Positions 52,501 to 64,000 of a DNA stretch of 64,000 nucleotides are shown one piece after another. The notes below the pieces were generated by a model that saw only the letters and a program-made list of their open reading frames with translations, was not told the origin of the DNA and searched no databases. The DNA is from Geosiphon pyriformis uo1 (lineage: Eukaryota > Fungi > Glomeromycota), in the NCBI GenBank assembly GCA_016748015.1, contig JAAOMT010000086.1, positions 1 to 64,000 of the forward strand, in the 5' to 3' direction. The translations under genes and the position numbers were made by a program. Position 1 is the first letter of the stretch. Every line of letters begins with the position of its first letter.

Positions 52501-54885
52501 CCATGAAATCATTTGTCAAGAAATCAACAAAATGTTGAACAATAAGTTAATTCAATCATCAATAAATCTATAGTTATTATTAGCAGTATTTGTTCAAAAA
52601 AAATAGAAAGATCTACATTTGTGTAAATTACAGAAAGCTCAATAGTATTACTCATGAAAACAGTTATTTAACTCCATGAATCCAGAAATTATTTGATGCT
52701 TTTGAAGGAAAAAAATAGTTTTCAATATTAGATTTAAATAGTAATTACTGGCAAATAGTAATAAATCTAGCAGATAAAAAAAAATGCTATTTACTATTAG
52801 AGAAAAGAATTTTGAATTCAATATTATGCCATTTGGCTTAACCAATGCTTTAGCCATCTTTTAATAACTAATAAAAATTGTTTACACTAAATTATTATAA
52901 AAATTAGTAGTAGTTTATTTGAATAACATTAATGTATTTTCCGTAACATTTAATAATCATTATTATTATCTTTAACAAGTGTTTGAAAAATTAAGAAGAG
53001 CAAAACTAAAGTTGAATACTACCAAGTGTTTCTTTAAAAAAACAAAGCTCAAGTTTTTGGAATATTTCATAAGCAAAAATAGTATCAAAATGGATTCAGA
53101 TAAAATTGAAATCATTAAAAACTTCTTAGTACTAACAAACTTAATAAAACTAAGAGCATTTTTGGAATTTGCTGGATATTATTACTGTTTTATTCAAAAT
53201 TTCTCCAAATTGGCTCAACTACTTTACTAACTTCAAGCTAAGAACATTAAATACAAATAGACCGAAATTCAACAAAAAGCTTTTGCTATCTTAAGAAGAA
53301 AGCTTATTTAAGCCCTAGTATTAATTTATTCAGATTATAGCAAACCATTTATCATTATTACCAATGTATTAGGCCAAGCATTAAGAGCAGTGCTGTTGCA
53401 AAAAAAATCAGATAGATAAAAGCATTCAGTAATATATGCCAGTTGAAGTTTAAGTTTAGTTAAAAAGAACTATAAAACATTAACACTAAAATATTTAGCT
53501 ATTTATTAGACTGTCATAAAATAAAAAAAATACTTAAGTTAGAAGTTTGATGTGTACACTAATTATAAGGAATTGATATCAATTCAAAAGCAAAAATTAT
53601 CATACAAAATAGAAAATAGAACTTTTACTATTTAATTATACAGTATATCATAAAAAGAGAAAAAAACAGAAATACTAATGATTTATCACAAATAAAACAA
53701 ATTTAAAACATTTTAACTCAAAAATATAACAAAAAATAAACACACAAAAATATCAACAATTTCAACATTATATTAATACTTAATAGTTTAAGGAAACATT
53801 AACTTAAAAAAAACAAAACCACATAAAATAACAATCAAAATATTTTATCACTTACTAAAATATACTATATTAAAAAAACAAAAAAGATTCAGATTAACAA
53901 TTCAAAGTAATTAAAAATTAGAAAAAGAAACAATATTGTTCAATATGTACTTAAATCTAATAGCAGAATATTTTTATAAAGAAGCAATCATAAAAAGAAC
54001 CAGAAAAAGATATTATTAAACATTTATGTATTTAAATATCATCCAATATTTTTAAAGTTGTGATACTTGTCAAGAAAAAGAAGAAAAAAAATCTAGTGGA
54101 CCATTAAGACCAATCAAAATAAGTTAATCATTTGATTAAATTGGAATTGATTTAGTTAAATCATTAACAATAATCAACAAAAGCAACTAATATATAATAG
54201 TAGCTATTAACTATCTTATAAAATAGCCAGAAATTAAAACAATTTAAAAAGCAGATGCAAAATTTATTGCTAAATTCATACATTAAAATTTGATTTATTG
54301 ACACAAATGTCTAAAAAAATTGTTATCAGACCAAGATATTCACTTTATAAACAAAACATTAGCAGAATTAAATTAGAAATTTGGATTTAAAAAATCATTA
54401 TTATTATTATATTATTTACAAACCAATGGCTTAGTTAAAAAATTCAACAAAATATTGTGTAAAGTAATAGCCAAGATCAATTAAAAAAATCAAGACAAAT
54501 AAAATTTGTTCATATTATTGGTATTATTTGCTTATTAAACAATAAAACAAGATATTACACAAGCAATACCATTTGAACTAGTTTATAGTAGAACTGCAGT
54601 ATTACCAGTGAAAATAGAAGTTAATACATATTCAGTAAAACCAATAACAAAAGCAATTTTTAAGAAACATTACTAAAAAAAACATATGACTTAATAGAAA
54701 CTCTAAAAAACAAGAAACAAAAAACAGCTAATAATATACAAAAAAAACAAAAAAAATAACATGATAACCAGCCAAATTCAGGATTGAAGACAAAGTACTT
54801 TTATATTATATTAAAACAGAAACATAATAGAATAGAAAGTTTGATCCCAAATAAGATAATTTATTTCACATTGAAAATATGCTAA
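49550..54885 (+). mobile_element. LTR retrotransposon E internal region (5'-truncated, heavily mutated)
   Basis: PR LILDSG about 50040; Cys-rich 50620-51260; dUTPase 51470-51890; RT 52430-53300; RH ends 53706; IN 53736 to about 54880. Confidence 0.85.
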
Positions 54886-54889
54886 AAAA

Positions 54890-57800
54890 AAATTTGCTAA
54901 AGCAAACCAACAATTAAATCTCTGTTCATTATACAAAAAACTTTACCAAAATTTTTAGATTATGAAAATTCAGAAATTACTAATATTAACAGTTATTAAG
55001 CACTAAGTTACAGGTTTATTATTTGTTTTAACACTCCAAATAATTATCTGTAACATTTGGTGCTTTCTGTGAAGTTTAATCCAACAAAAAACCAGCACCA
55101 ATAGCAACTATTTAGATCCATATTGCTGTTAATAACAAAAACATCATTATTCAGAGTACTGTTTCAAAATAATAAAAAAAAGCCAAATTATTAAGAACCT
55201 ATAGCAATTTCTTTAAAGGATTTAAAATCATGACTAACAATTCTATCAAGACTTCAATTACTGCTATATTAACCAAATTTCGAATTTACTAGTAATTAGA
55301 CAAATACCAATTTGGAAAAAAAAACAGTAATCAGAAAAATAAGAATTAAAACCTGATTCCAAATAATTTGAAAGTTTAAACTCCAATTGTTCAAATTTTA
55401 TCAAACTCAAACAATCTAAACTTAGCTTCTATTCTTTCAAAAAACTTATTTTCAATTATTTAAATTAATTTATCACCAGTAATACTAATTGCTGATTAGA
55501 AATAACCACAATTAAACAAAGAAACACAGAAGCAGTTATTACTTACTTGAGATGTTTCTATAAAAATTTGCACCAAATTCAAACAATTAATGTTAACTAT
55601 TTTATAATACTGCAAATTTTAAATCAATTTATTTATTAATTGCACAGTAATCTGTTATAACAAGTATACAAATACTCTTTAAGATATAATTACCCATACC
55701 AAAGATTTTAAATTGGCAGAATTTAAAGTTAACTATGCCCAAGTTATAAATTTAGTCATGAACAGATTATCTAAATTGAATTCTAAGCTAAAACAATTTA
55801 GTAATTAGATCAACCAAAAATTAAAAAGATATTTAATTAATAATTTAGCAATTTATTAGTCTCTACAATATTATAAAATCAAAAAAATTCTAATTGTTTC
55901 CACAATCAGTTATGTTTATTATTATCATCATTAAATCAATTATGACAACAGAAAACACATAATTGTTACTACTGTGGTAAACAAAAGCACCTAAAAATAG
56001 ACTGTAGAACCAGATTAAATAACTAATAATTGGAAAATCAATATAAAAACCCTAATTACTGGTTTCAAACTCAGAATCAAGAACAATATTAACATTAAAC
56101 TCCATATTAACCAATAATACAATAATCTATATATGTATCTTTTATTTATTAAATTCTAGCATTAATAATATATTAATCACAATCACAAATAATCTATTAG
56201 TTCTAACTAATTTAAACACCACCACAAAATTTAACTCAAATAACAACTGGAAATCAAAGACTGAAAATTATGTACACACAATAAAACTAAAGATCAGTAT
56301 AGTAATATATTAACTGATTTCCAGTTTATCAAATTAGTTATTAGAATTATGTCAGCAAAGTTTGAAAAATAAGTATATCTAAAACCCAAATTCTTAGAAC
56401 TATTTAAGCCTCTTTGTTATCTTAGAAAACAATCTATCTAACAACTTGGAAAGCCCAAAAACACCACTTATCAACAATATTTTACCAGTAACTATCACTA
56501 AAAACAAGTTATTAGCAGTCATATTTCTTTTGAATTAAAAAAGTTAACAACAATATCTCTATTCAGTAAAGTCACTCTCAATGCCAAACTTATTATAGCC
56601 ATATATACAGATGCCAAAATTAATAGCCAATTTATCAAGCTAATTTTTAATAGCAGGTCAGCAAGCAGCATTATTACATAACAACTCATAGACCAAGTAG
56701 ATTATTAAATTGATTACACTATTAGTGCCAAAATTATTACAGCTAATGGAGTAATCAAGACTCTTATTGGCAAAATTAATGACTTTTTTTTTAAAGTTAA
56801 TAGTATTATTATATTCATCAAAGTTCTTGTGATAGGGCCACATAATATTAAGCTTTTATTGGTAATAATTGGCTGTTCAAGACTAATATTATGCTCAACT
56901 AAAATATTCAAAAGCTATAGCTTAATCAAAATAATTAACATACTTAGATACCAGTTATTTGCAGTTATTTTAAAACAAACTAATCACAATTACTAATAAA
57001 ATTTGAAAAAAAATAAACAAATCTATCTAAAAAGCCTATGTAGTCTTGTAAGCTAAGAATGACTACAACAAGCTACTATCAATACTTTCTTAGAATGACA
57101 AAAGAAAAAAAAAAAAGAGGACAAACCACAAAACATTACTACCAAAGAAACAGTTAGCAGTTGGCATAAATTATTTTTATTTTAAATTCAAGTATTTTTG
57201 TTAATATTTTGAATAATCTAAAACAATTCTATAAACACTACCAAGATTTACTAAAAAAAAACAAAAGCATTATTTAGACTCTGTGAGCATTGCCTAATTC
57301 TATGTTACTTCAAATATTACAATAACTATAATGTTGTTTACAATTTACTATTGCATATAATCTATTTAATTCTTAAAGTAAAAAAACCAATTAACGAATG
57401 TATTTTAAAATTAGAATCAAAATTCAATTTTAATTTAGACTTCAATAATAACAACAATAATAGTTTTAACTTCATTCACAATAGCAACAACAGCAATAAC
57501 AATTTAAACTTTGATTACAATCTTAAACAATATATTATGTTCTCAGATTTTTCAAAAAACAGAAATTTAAATAATTTAGTAATAATAATAAAGATATGAT
57601 ATACATGTACATAATATTAAAACAAGGTTTTATCTTAGATATTCAAAAAAACTGTCATTAAATTGGAACTTTATTTACACACCAGTATAGAATTAGAAGA
57701 TTTAGAAAATTTTGATGGAGCTTAATATTAAAAAGAAAGAATAATATTACTCAAGAAATTAAGAATTATAATAAGTAGATAAAATAGCCAATTAGAAATA

Positions 57801-58340
57801 AACATAATAAAAAAAAATTCCAGGATTCCTTTTAAAGAATTGTAGAACCCCAGAATTCTAGAATTTCAAAATTTCTCTTAAAAAAATCAAAAAAATCTTG
57901 TATAATATAAATTATGTATATATAGCGAAAGTATTAGAAGCAGAATAAAGTAGTACAGATATTTCAGAACATTTTAAAAGATAGTTTTTTATAACTTGAA
58001 ATAATATCATATTAATATTAATAAAATTATTTATTGCCATTCAATCCATGTTATTATTACTTAATTAAAAAAATATTAAAGAATTCCACACTATGAACAC
58101 TCTATGTTAACAGAATCCAATATTTAACTATACTGGATCAATAGCTCTTAATTATGGCTATTGATAAAATACTAATTTTTTTTTTCTTATTTTCTTTTAT
58201 TTTTTTTATTTTTCTTTTGTTTTATTTTTTTGTTGTTATTAATTGATTAAAAGAATTATGTGCTGAGTAATTTTGATGTTAAAGATAGTCAACTAAAAGA
58301 AATTAAATATAAAAGTATTTGGTGAATTGAGAAAGTTTTT
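54890..58340 (+). mobile_element. Internally deleted LTR element F (same family as E; lacks RT/RH/IN)
   Basis: LTR 3' part ending at 55055 plus PBS TGGTGCTTTC; gag relic with CCHC about 55965; PR about 56640; start of dUTPase about 57600, joined to the ORF3 tail NFDGA; PPT 57730-57744; 3' LTR from 57745. Confidence 0.8.
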
Positions 58341-58989
58341 AATTAAATTATAAAATCAGATAAAATTTACAAAAAATAGTAAATTTCAGATTTTTTTGAG
58401 ATAATTTTAAAAATTTTCAAATGAGTGTTTTTATCCAGTTGTAATAATTTTTATAAATTTAAATATTTTTTAATGGGTAAAGTTTTTTAGTTATTCCAAA
58501 GTAATAGTTTAAAAATACTAAATTAAATAAGTTTTTATTTCAAATAAATAATTTTTTTTATGAATATTTAAATAATTCAAAATTAATAATTATTTTATAT
58601 TTAAAAATAGAGTAAATAAATTAAATAAATATGTTTTAAATTCTCTTAACTAATCAAACTATATATAATATTTTTTATAAACAAACAATTTTTCGTTTAA
58701 ATTATTTATCTGTTTCAAACTATTTAATAGTTAGATATTAATAAAAAACAATTAATATTATTATTAAAATTTGAAAGTGCTTACTAATTTGGTCAAAAGT
58801 GTTTTTATTTGTATAATTAATACCAATAAAAAAATTCAGATCTGAAAAAAAGATACTTAAATCAAAAAAATTTTTGATCATTAAATATAAATAAATGAAA
58901 ATTTTATTACCTATTGAAAATATAAAGTTTAAGATTAATTGACTTTTATATCTTGTTGTATCATGTTAAAAATTTTTTATCTCTTCAGA

Positions 58990-61400
58990 ATAAAGTTTTT
59001 TTTTACAGACAAATTTATTTAAGTTACAAATATTGTGAACAGCAATAACTCTTTGTTAAAGTTTTTTTGCAGTATTATAATATTGTGAATTACATTGCCA
59101 ATTTTTTTCAATTTTTTCTTAAATACACTGAAATATATGTTTCTGGATTGTAAGACACTTTTTTTTAATTACATTATGTAGTATATAAATAAAATCTGTA
59201 TTATTTAAAGATCTTTTTCCTGATATAATTTTACATAAAATGATAGCAAAGCTGTATATATTGTTATACTTAGTATAAAAACTACTCTTGCAAATTTTAG
59301 GTGCAAGATATTTGAAAACATTATAAGTGTTTCAGATTGTAAAACATTATCTGCAAAATGACAGAGTTTAAAATCAGAAATAACAATTTTTAAGAGATTT
59401 GTTATCAAAACAAAAATATTTCCAGAATGTAAGTCTTCATGTATTAGTTCTAATTTATACATAAACTTTAACCCACCAGCAATTTGAAAAAAATACGAAA
59501 AAACATGTCCTAATTAAAAATATCTTTGTTAGACTTAAGAAAAGCTTTAAAGTCTCCATGTTTCACAAATAATAAAATCATAATAAATTTATTAGTTGTA
59601 AGATTTCTGGTTATTCCATAGTATTCAAAAATGTATTTACAAGTAGTACTTTAATAATGTGTAATAAGCTATATAAATACAGTCTTTAGTTTAAAAAAAA
59701 ATTGGAATAATAAAAATCACATAGATTTTTTAAAAGAAAATACCATATCTGAATTAATATATTTTATATTTTGTCTATTTTAAGATATTTCAAAGCAATT
59801 TTTGTAATTCCAGTTTGTTCATACTTTTGAATTTTTTTGTCCCAAAATAGAATTCTACTATTTTTCTATCTATTTTTTTTTATAATACCAAATCTTTCCA
59901 TTCCTACTTGATTTAAATGTATAATATTATTAGGAAAAATCTATTTCAAACAGCCTCTGCAGTTTTCAAAATTATGCTATATATATAATATATACTGATT
60001 AATATTATTATTTTTACTATTTCATGTTCTCCAAATATTTAAAAATCGTAATGATTTACAAGAATTATATCAAACTAGATTTTTTAATACAATATAATAT
60101 TTTGAACATTTCAGCAAACCTGTTTCAAAAACATTATCATTACTATTATTAATATTACAAAATAAACATATAGAAGATTTATTAATGATTATACTCAAGT
60201 TGCTATATTTAAAACACTTGAATTCATATAAAAGCTGATTAAAAAAAGCTTCAAAATCTAAAAATTCTCTATTAAAATTATTGAAGTATTTAAAACTTCA
60301 ATTTTGAAATTGTAAAATGATATATTCAAGATTGTTTTAGTCTTTTAAGAAAAGATTATAAACATTCAAATTAGTAAAATTACTTGATAATATAAGTTAT
60401 TTGCTCTTGCTGTTTTTAAATAGAGTTTAAATGCTTTTTGAAAACTTTTTATGATTTCCCATTCATTTTAATAATACTATTCAAAATTATATTATATATT
60501 TTGATTTCTTGTCTCTGTTGTTTTTAAATAAAATTAAAATGTTTTTTCATAATTTTTCACTATTTTTTATTCATTTTAATAATATGTTCTAATACTAATT
60601 TGTGAATTCAGATTTCTTACTTTTTCTAAATCTTTTTGCTTCCAATTATTTTCGATAATATGCTTTAAGAGTAATTGGTCCAAGTAAATATCTCATCTTT
60701 GCAACTTTTGAATAAAGTTCAAATGCTATTTTCTCATTTTTTGTCATTTTTTTTTCATTAGCATAACAAATTACAAGATTGTATTCTGTATCTATATGTT
60801 CTGTCTCTGCAACTTTTAAATAAAGCTCAAATATTACATCTAAATATTCTGTTTCTGCAACTTTTAAATAAAGTTCAAATGCTTTTTTCTCGTTTTTTGT
60901 CATTTTTTTCCATTATCATAACAAAATACAAGGTTGTATTGTATATCTAAATGTCCCATTTTTGCAGTTTTTGAATAAAATTCAAATGCTTTTCCTTGAT
61001 TTTTTGAAGTACTAATTTTATTATTATAACAATAACCTAAGAAAAATTGTCCAAAAGAATTTTCTGTATTTGCTGCTTTTGTTAAATTAGGAGTAGTTTT
61101 AATTTCATGTTCTAAACAAAAACTAAGCAAGATATTATCTATTAAACATTTTAGATTTTTATTATTCAAGTAATTGAATAAGTTTTTAGGAATTTTCTGA
61201 TTACTTACAAGATAATTTTTAACTATGTTGACAACTTTTGAATATTTACTAGCTAAAAAAATAGGCAAACTTTTATTAATAACTATGAATGTTCTTTTAA
61301 GCCAGTTGAGAAATGAAATTGAGTTTTCAATTAATAATTTTAAAGACATAATTTTCAAGCAACACAAATAAATTATTAAATTTTGAATGTTTTATATGAA
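58990..61400 (-). pseudogene. Sel1-repeat + tyrosine-kinase-like protein pseudogene
   Basis: Sel1 repeats (GQFFLGYCY..KAFEFYSK.A..GH...YNL..CY) at 61100-60400. Kinase motifs VGMERFG (GxGGFG), KIALK, YYGITR, IHEDLHSGNI, ISDFKLC. Many stops. Confidence 0.85.
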
Positions 61401-62990
61401 TAAAGTTTTGCTAATAAATAAGGATTTTAAATTTTCAAAAAAGCTAAATTTAAAACATTAGAAAGTTCTGAAAATAGACTTTTATTTTATTTCTTTATTT
61501 AAATAGTTTAAACAAATAGAAATTGTTTAAAACTTAAATGATCACATAGAATATAAAAAAATAACTATTTTTATTAATGTTTTATTGCTATTTTTAAATG
61601 AAAACCTAAAGTTAGATTATAGTTTATTGGTTTTAATAGCTAATTAATAAATTTCTTGAATATATAATCTAGTTCAATGATTGTAACAGTCTTTGTTTAC
61701 CCTAATTGCTTTTTTAATTTTAGTAATAGGTTTAATAACAAGTTTAATATAATTTTTTTAGTTTTACTTGCATAAAATTTATTTTGAATTTCAGTAAATC
61801 AATAAAACTATAATTATTTAGATTTTATTTTATGGCTTTTATTAATAAATTATTATAAAAAAATGCTAAAACTCAGTAATTATCTTGATATTAAGTTTAA
61901 TATTATTAAAACTTTAAAATTTTATCTGTTTTAGGCATCTTTTACTTGATAAATATATTACATAAATCTACTTAAAAAAGCTATATTTTAGAATCTAATA
62001 TAAAATTTGATGTATTTGGCATAACTTTATCAAATAAAAAATTATTTGGTTTAATAAAACAATTAATAAGATTTGCTCAAAAAAAAATTAAAGTATATTA
62101 AAATTTATAATGTAATTTCACCAAATGTAAGTTTTAGAAATAAATAAAATTTGAAAATAACTTATTTTGTTATTTTTTTTTGTAAATTTTTGTCTCTTAA
62201 GTCAAAGCATTTTAAATAGAAAATTGTTTATCTGATTGTATTGTTATAGGTTTAAAAATAAATTGAATGTTAGTTACATTTTTGATTGTTTGATACCATG
62301 ACATAGTATTGTAGTAAGATTTCAATTTGGTAATATAATATAAAATATTGCAGTTTTATCTATGTTAAAAATATCACATAATTTTCAATTAGCAAAAAGT
62401 ATTATTATATGCATTTACTTATCTTCAATATGCTCAACATTAACTAATAATATATTATTATGAAAGCAAAGTAAATACAATTCAACATGGTCTTTAAAAC
62501 TTTTAAGCCAACTATTAGATAGTTTTTGGTGCTTATTTTCTAAAATATTTAATTGATTATAGAACTTTATGTCAGCAGCTCAAAATATATTTCTAGTAAG
62601 TATTATTTTATATAATTTTGTCTCTTAAACAACAAGTGCTTTATCAAAGTCAAGATTACATATTATACATATATATTTGCTAATCAAATCATATATTGTA
62701 TTTGCTTATGCACAAAAATTTGGTTTATTTTTAATCCAAGCCAAAACTAAAAGCTGTTTCATGTATAGAAAACTATTTTTTTTAAAGTGCTTTGTAGTTT
62801 TTAATTGGTTTTTATTATTTGCATAATACCAATTAAGCATTATAAACTTATTATAAAGTGTAATATTTTTATAACTTTGCAGAATACAAGCTAAAAAAAT
62901 AGCATGTTTTTTGCTATTAAACATAATAAAATCAAAAGGCAAAGAAAAAATACAATTAAAACTCTAATCAAATAGAGCTGATCCAAAAAT

Positions 62991-63585
62991 TTGACTTGAT
63001 TACTCACATAATTAATAATAATTTAAAACTTGGAACAATTCGAAACTCTGTTTTAATTATTTATACAATTGATAATAATTTAGAACTTGGAACAATTTGA
63101 AACTCTGACTTAATTACTTATACAATCAATGATAATTTGGAATTTGGAACAATTTGAAACTCTAATTTAATTATTCACAAGATTAGTAATAATTTAAAAC
63201 TTGGAACAATTCAAAACTTTGATTACTTATATAATTAATAATAATTTAGAACTTGAAACAATTTAAAACTTTGACTTGATTATTCATAAAATTAGTAATA
63301 ATTTAAAATTTAAGACAATTTGAAACTTCGACTTAATTACTTATATAATTAATAATAATTTAAAACTAGAGACAATTTGAAATTCTAACTTAATTACTTA
63401 TATAATTAATGATAATTTAGAACTTGAGACAATTTAAAATTTTAACTTAATTATTCACAAGATCAATAATAATTTAAAACTTAGGACAATTTAAAACTCT
63501 AACTTGATTACTTACACAATTAATGATAATTTAAAACTTGAGACAATTTGAAACTTTAACTTGATTACTTACACAATTAATAATT
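62991..63585. repeat. 57-bp tandem repeat, about 10.5 units
   Basis: Consensus about GATAATTTGGAACTTGGAACAATTCGAAACTCTGACTTGATTACTCACACAATCAAT, period 57, one unit with a 5-nt deletion. Confidence 0.9.
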
Positions 63586-64000
63586 ATTCTATTAAATAAA
63601 TGATGTTATATTATCATATAATATTTTTAGTCATGAAAATATTGGTTTGCTTTACTGTAATTTTACTAGAATTAGCAGAATTTAAACTAAATCTAACACT
63701 TAAAATAACTCATATTGATAATAAAAAGTTATGAATTATTAGATATCACAAGTATGATTATAAATATAGGAATTCTTTAATTACCAAATTAGTAGATTCA
63801 AAATGCTATGGTTTATTACAGATTACGAATTATCTTAATATGAATTATCTTAGGTTTGACTATATGTCTAAATTTTTATTTTCAAGAATATGTAAAAAAA
63901 ACATTTTTTAAACAGACAAAAATTCTTAAAGCAAATATTAATACAAAAATATCAACTTTTTTATTTCTTTATTTATTTTTTTTGATTTGGATAATTATTA

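Noticed and set aside
4810-58340. Alternative genetic code explaining the many in-frame stops
   Set aside because: All three stop types appear at Trp/Gln/Arg positions together with missense transitions, and the intact gene uses the standard code.
62700-62960. HMG-box or GPCR call for the decayed frame (CFMYRK, FSKIF)
   Set aside because: Only isolated short motifs in inconsistent frames; cannot be supported.
62991-63585. CRISPR-like array
   Set aside because: Units are contiguous with no unique spacers, there are no cas genes and the context is eukaryotic.

Overview
Very AT-rich eukaryotic DNA. The Sel1/tyrosine-kinase-like relic and the repeat families suggest a Glomeromycotina (arbuscular mycorrhizal lineage) fungus, which is an inference. 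Only one gene looks intact: a spliced minus-strand gene (3953..820; 4 exons including 15- and 45-nt micro-exons) encoding a coiled coil, a P-loop NTPase and a PD-(D/E)XK-like nuclease, i.e. a Crinkler-type NTPase-REase. The rest is a nested graveyard of repeats: two LINE relics (APE-RT-RNase H), six Ty3/gypsy-like LTR retrotransposon copies (A-F), solo/partial LTRs, a Tc1/mariner-type transposase fragment, a Sel1-kinase pseudogene and a 57-bp tandem array. All are riddled with C>T/G>A transitions (RIP-like). The main discovery is a shared, unusual LTR-element architecture. A Gag-PR-(Cys-rich domain)-dUTPase-RT-RNase H polyprotein stops just after RNase H in all five copies that retain the junction. 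The integrase follows as a separate ORF with its own start codon, then a conserved soluble non-Env ORF3 that runs up to the polypurine tract. Coordinates of degenerate features were read by eye and are approximate.
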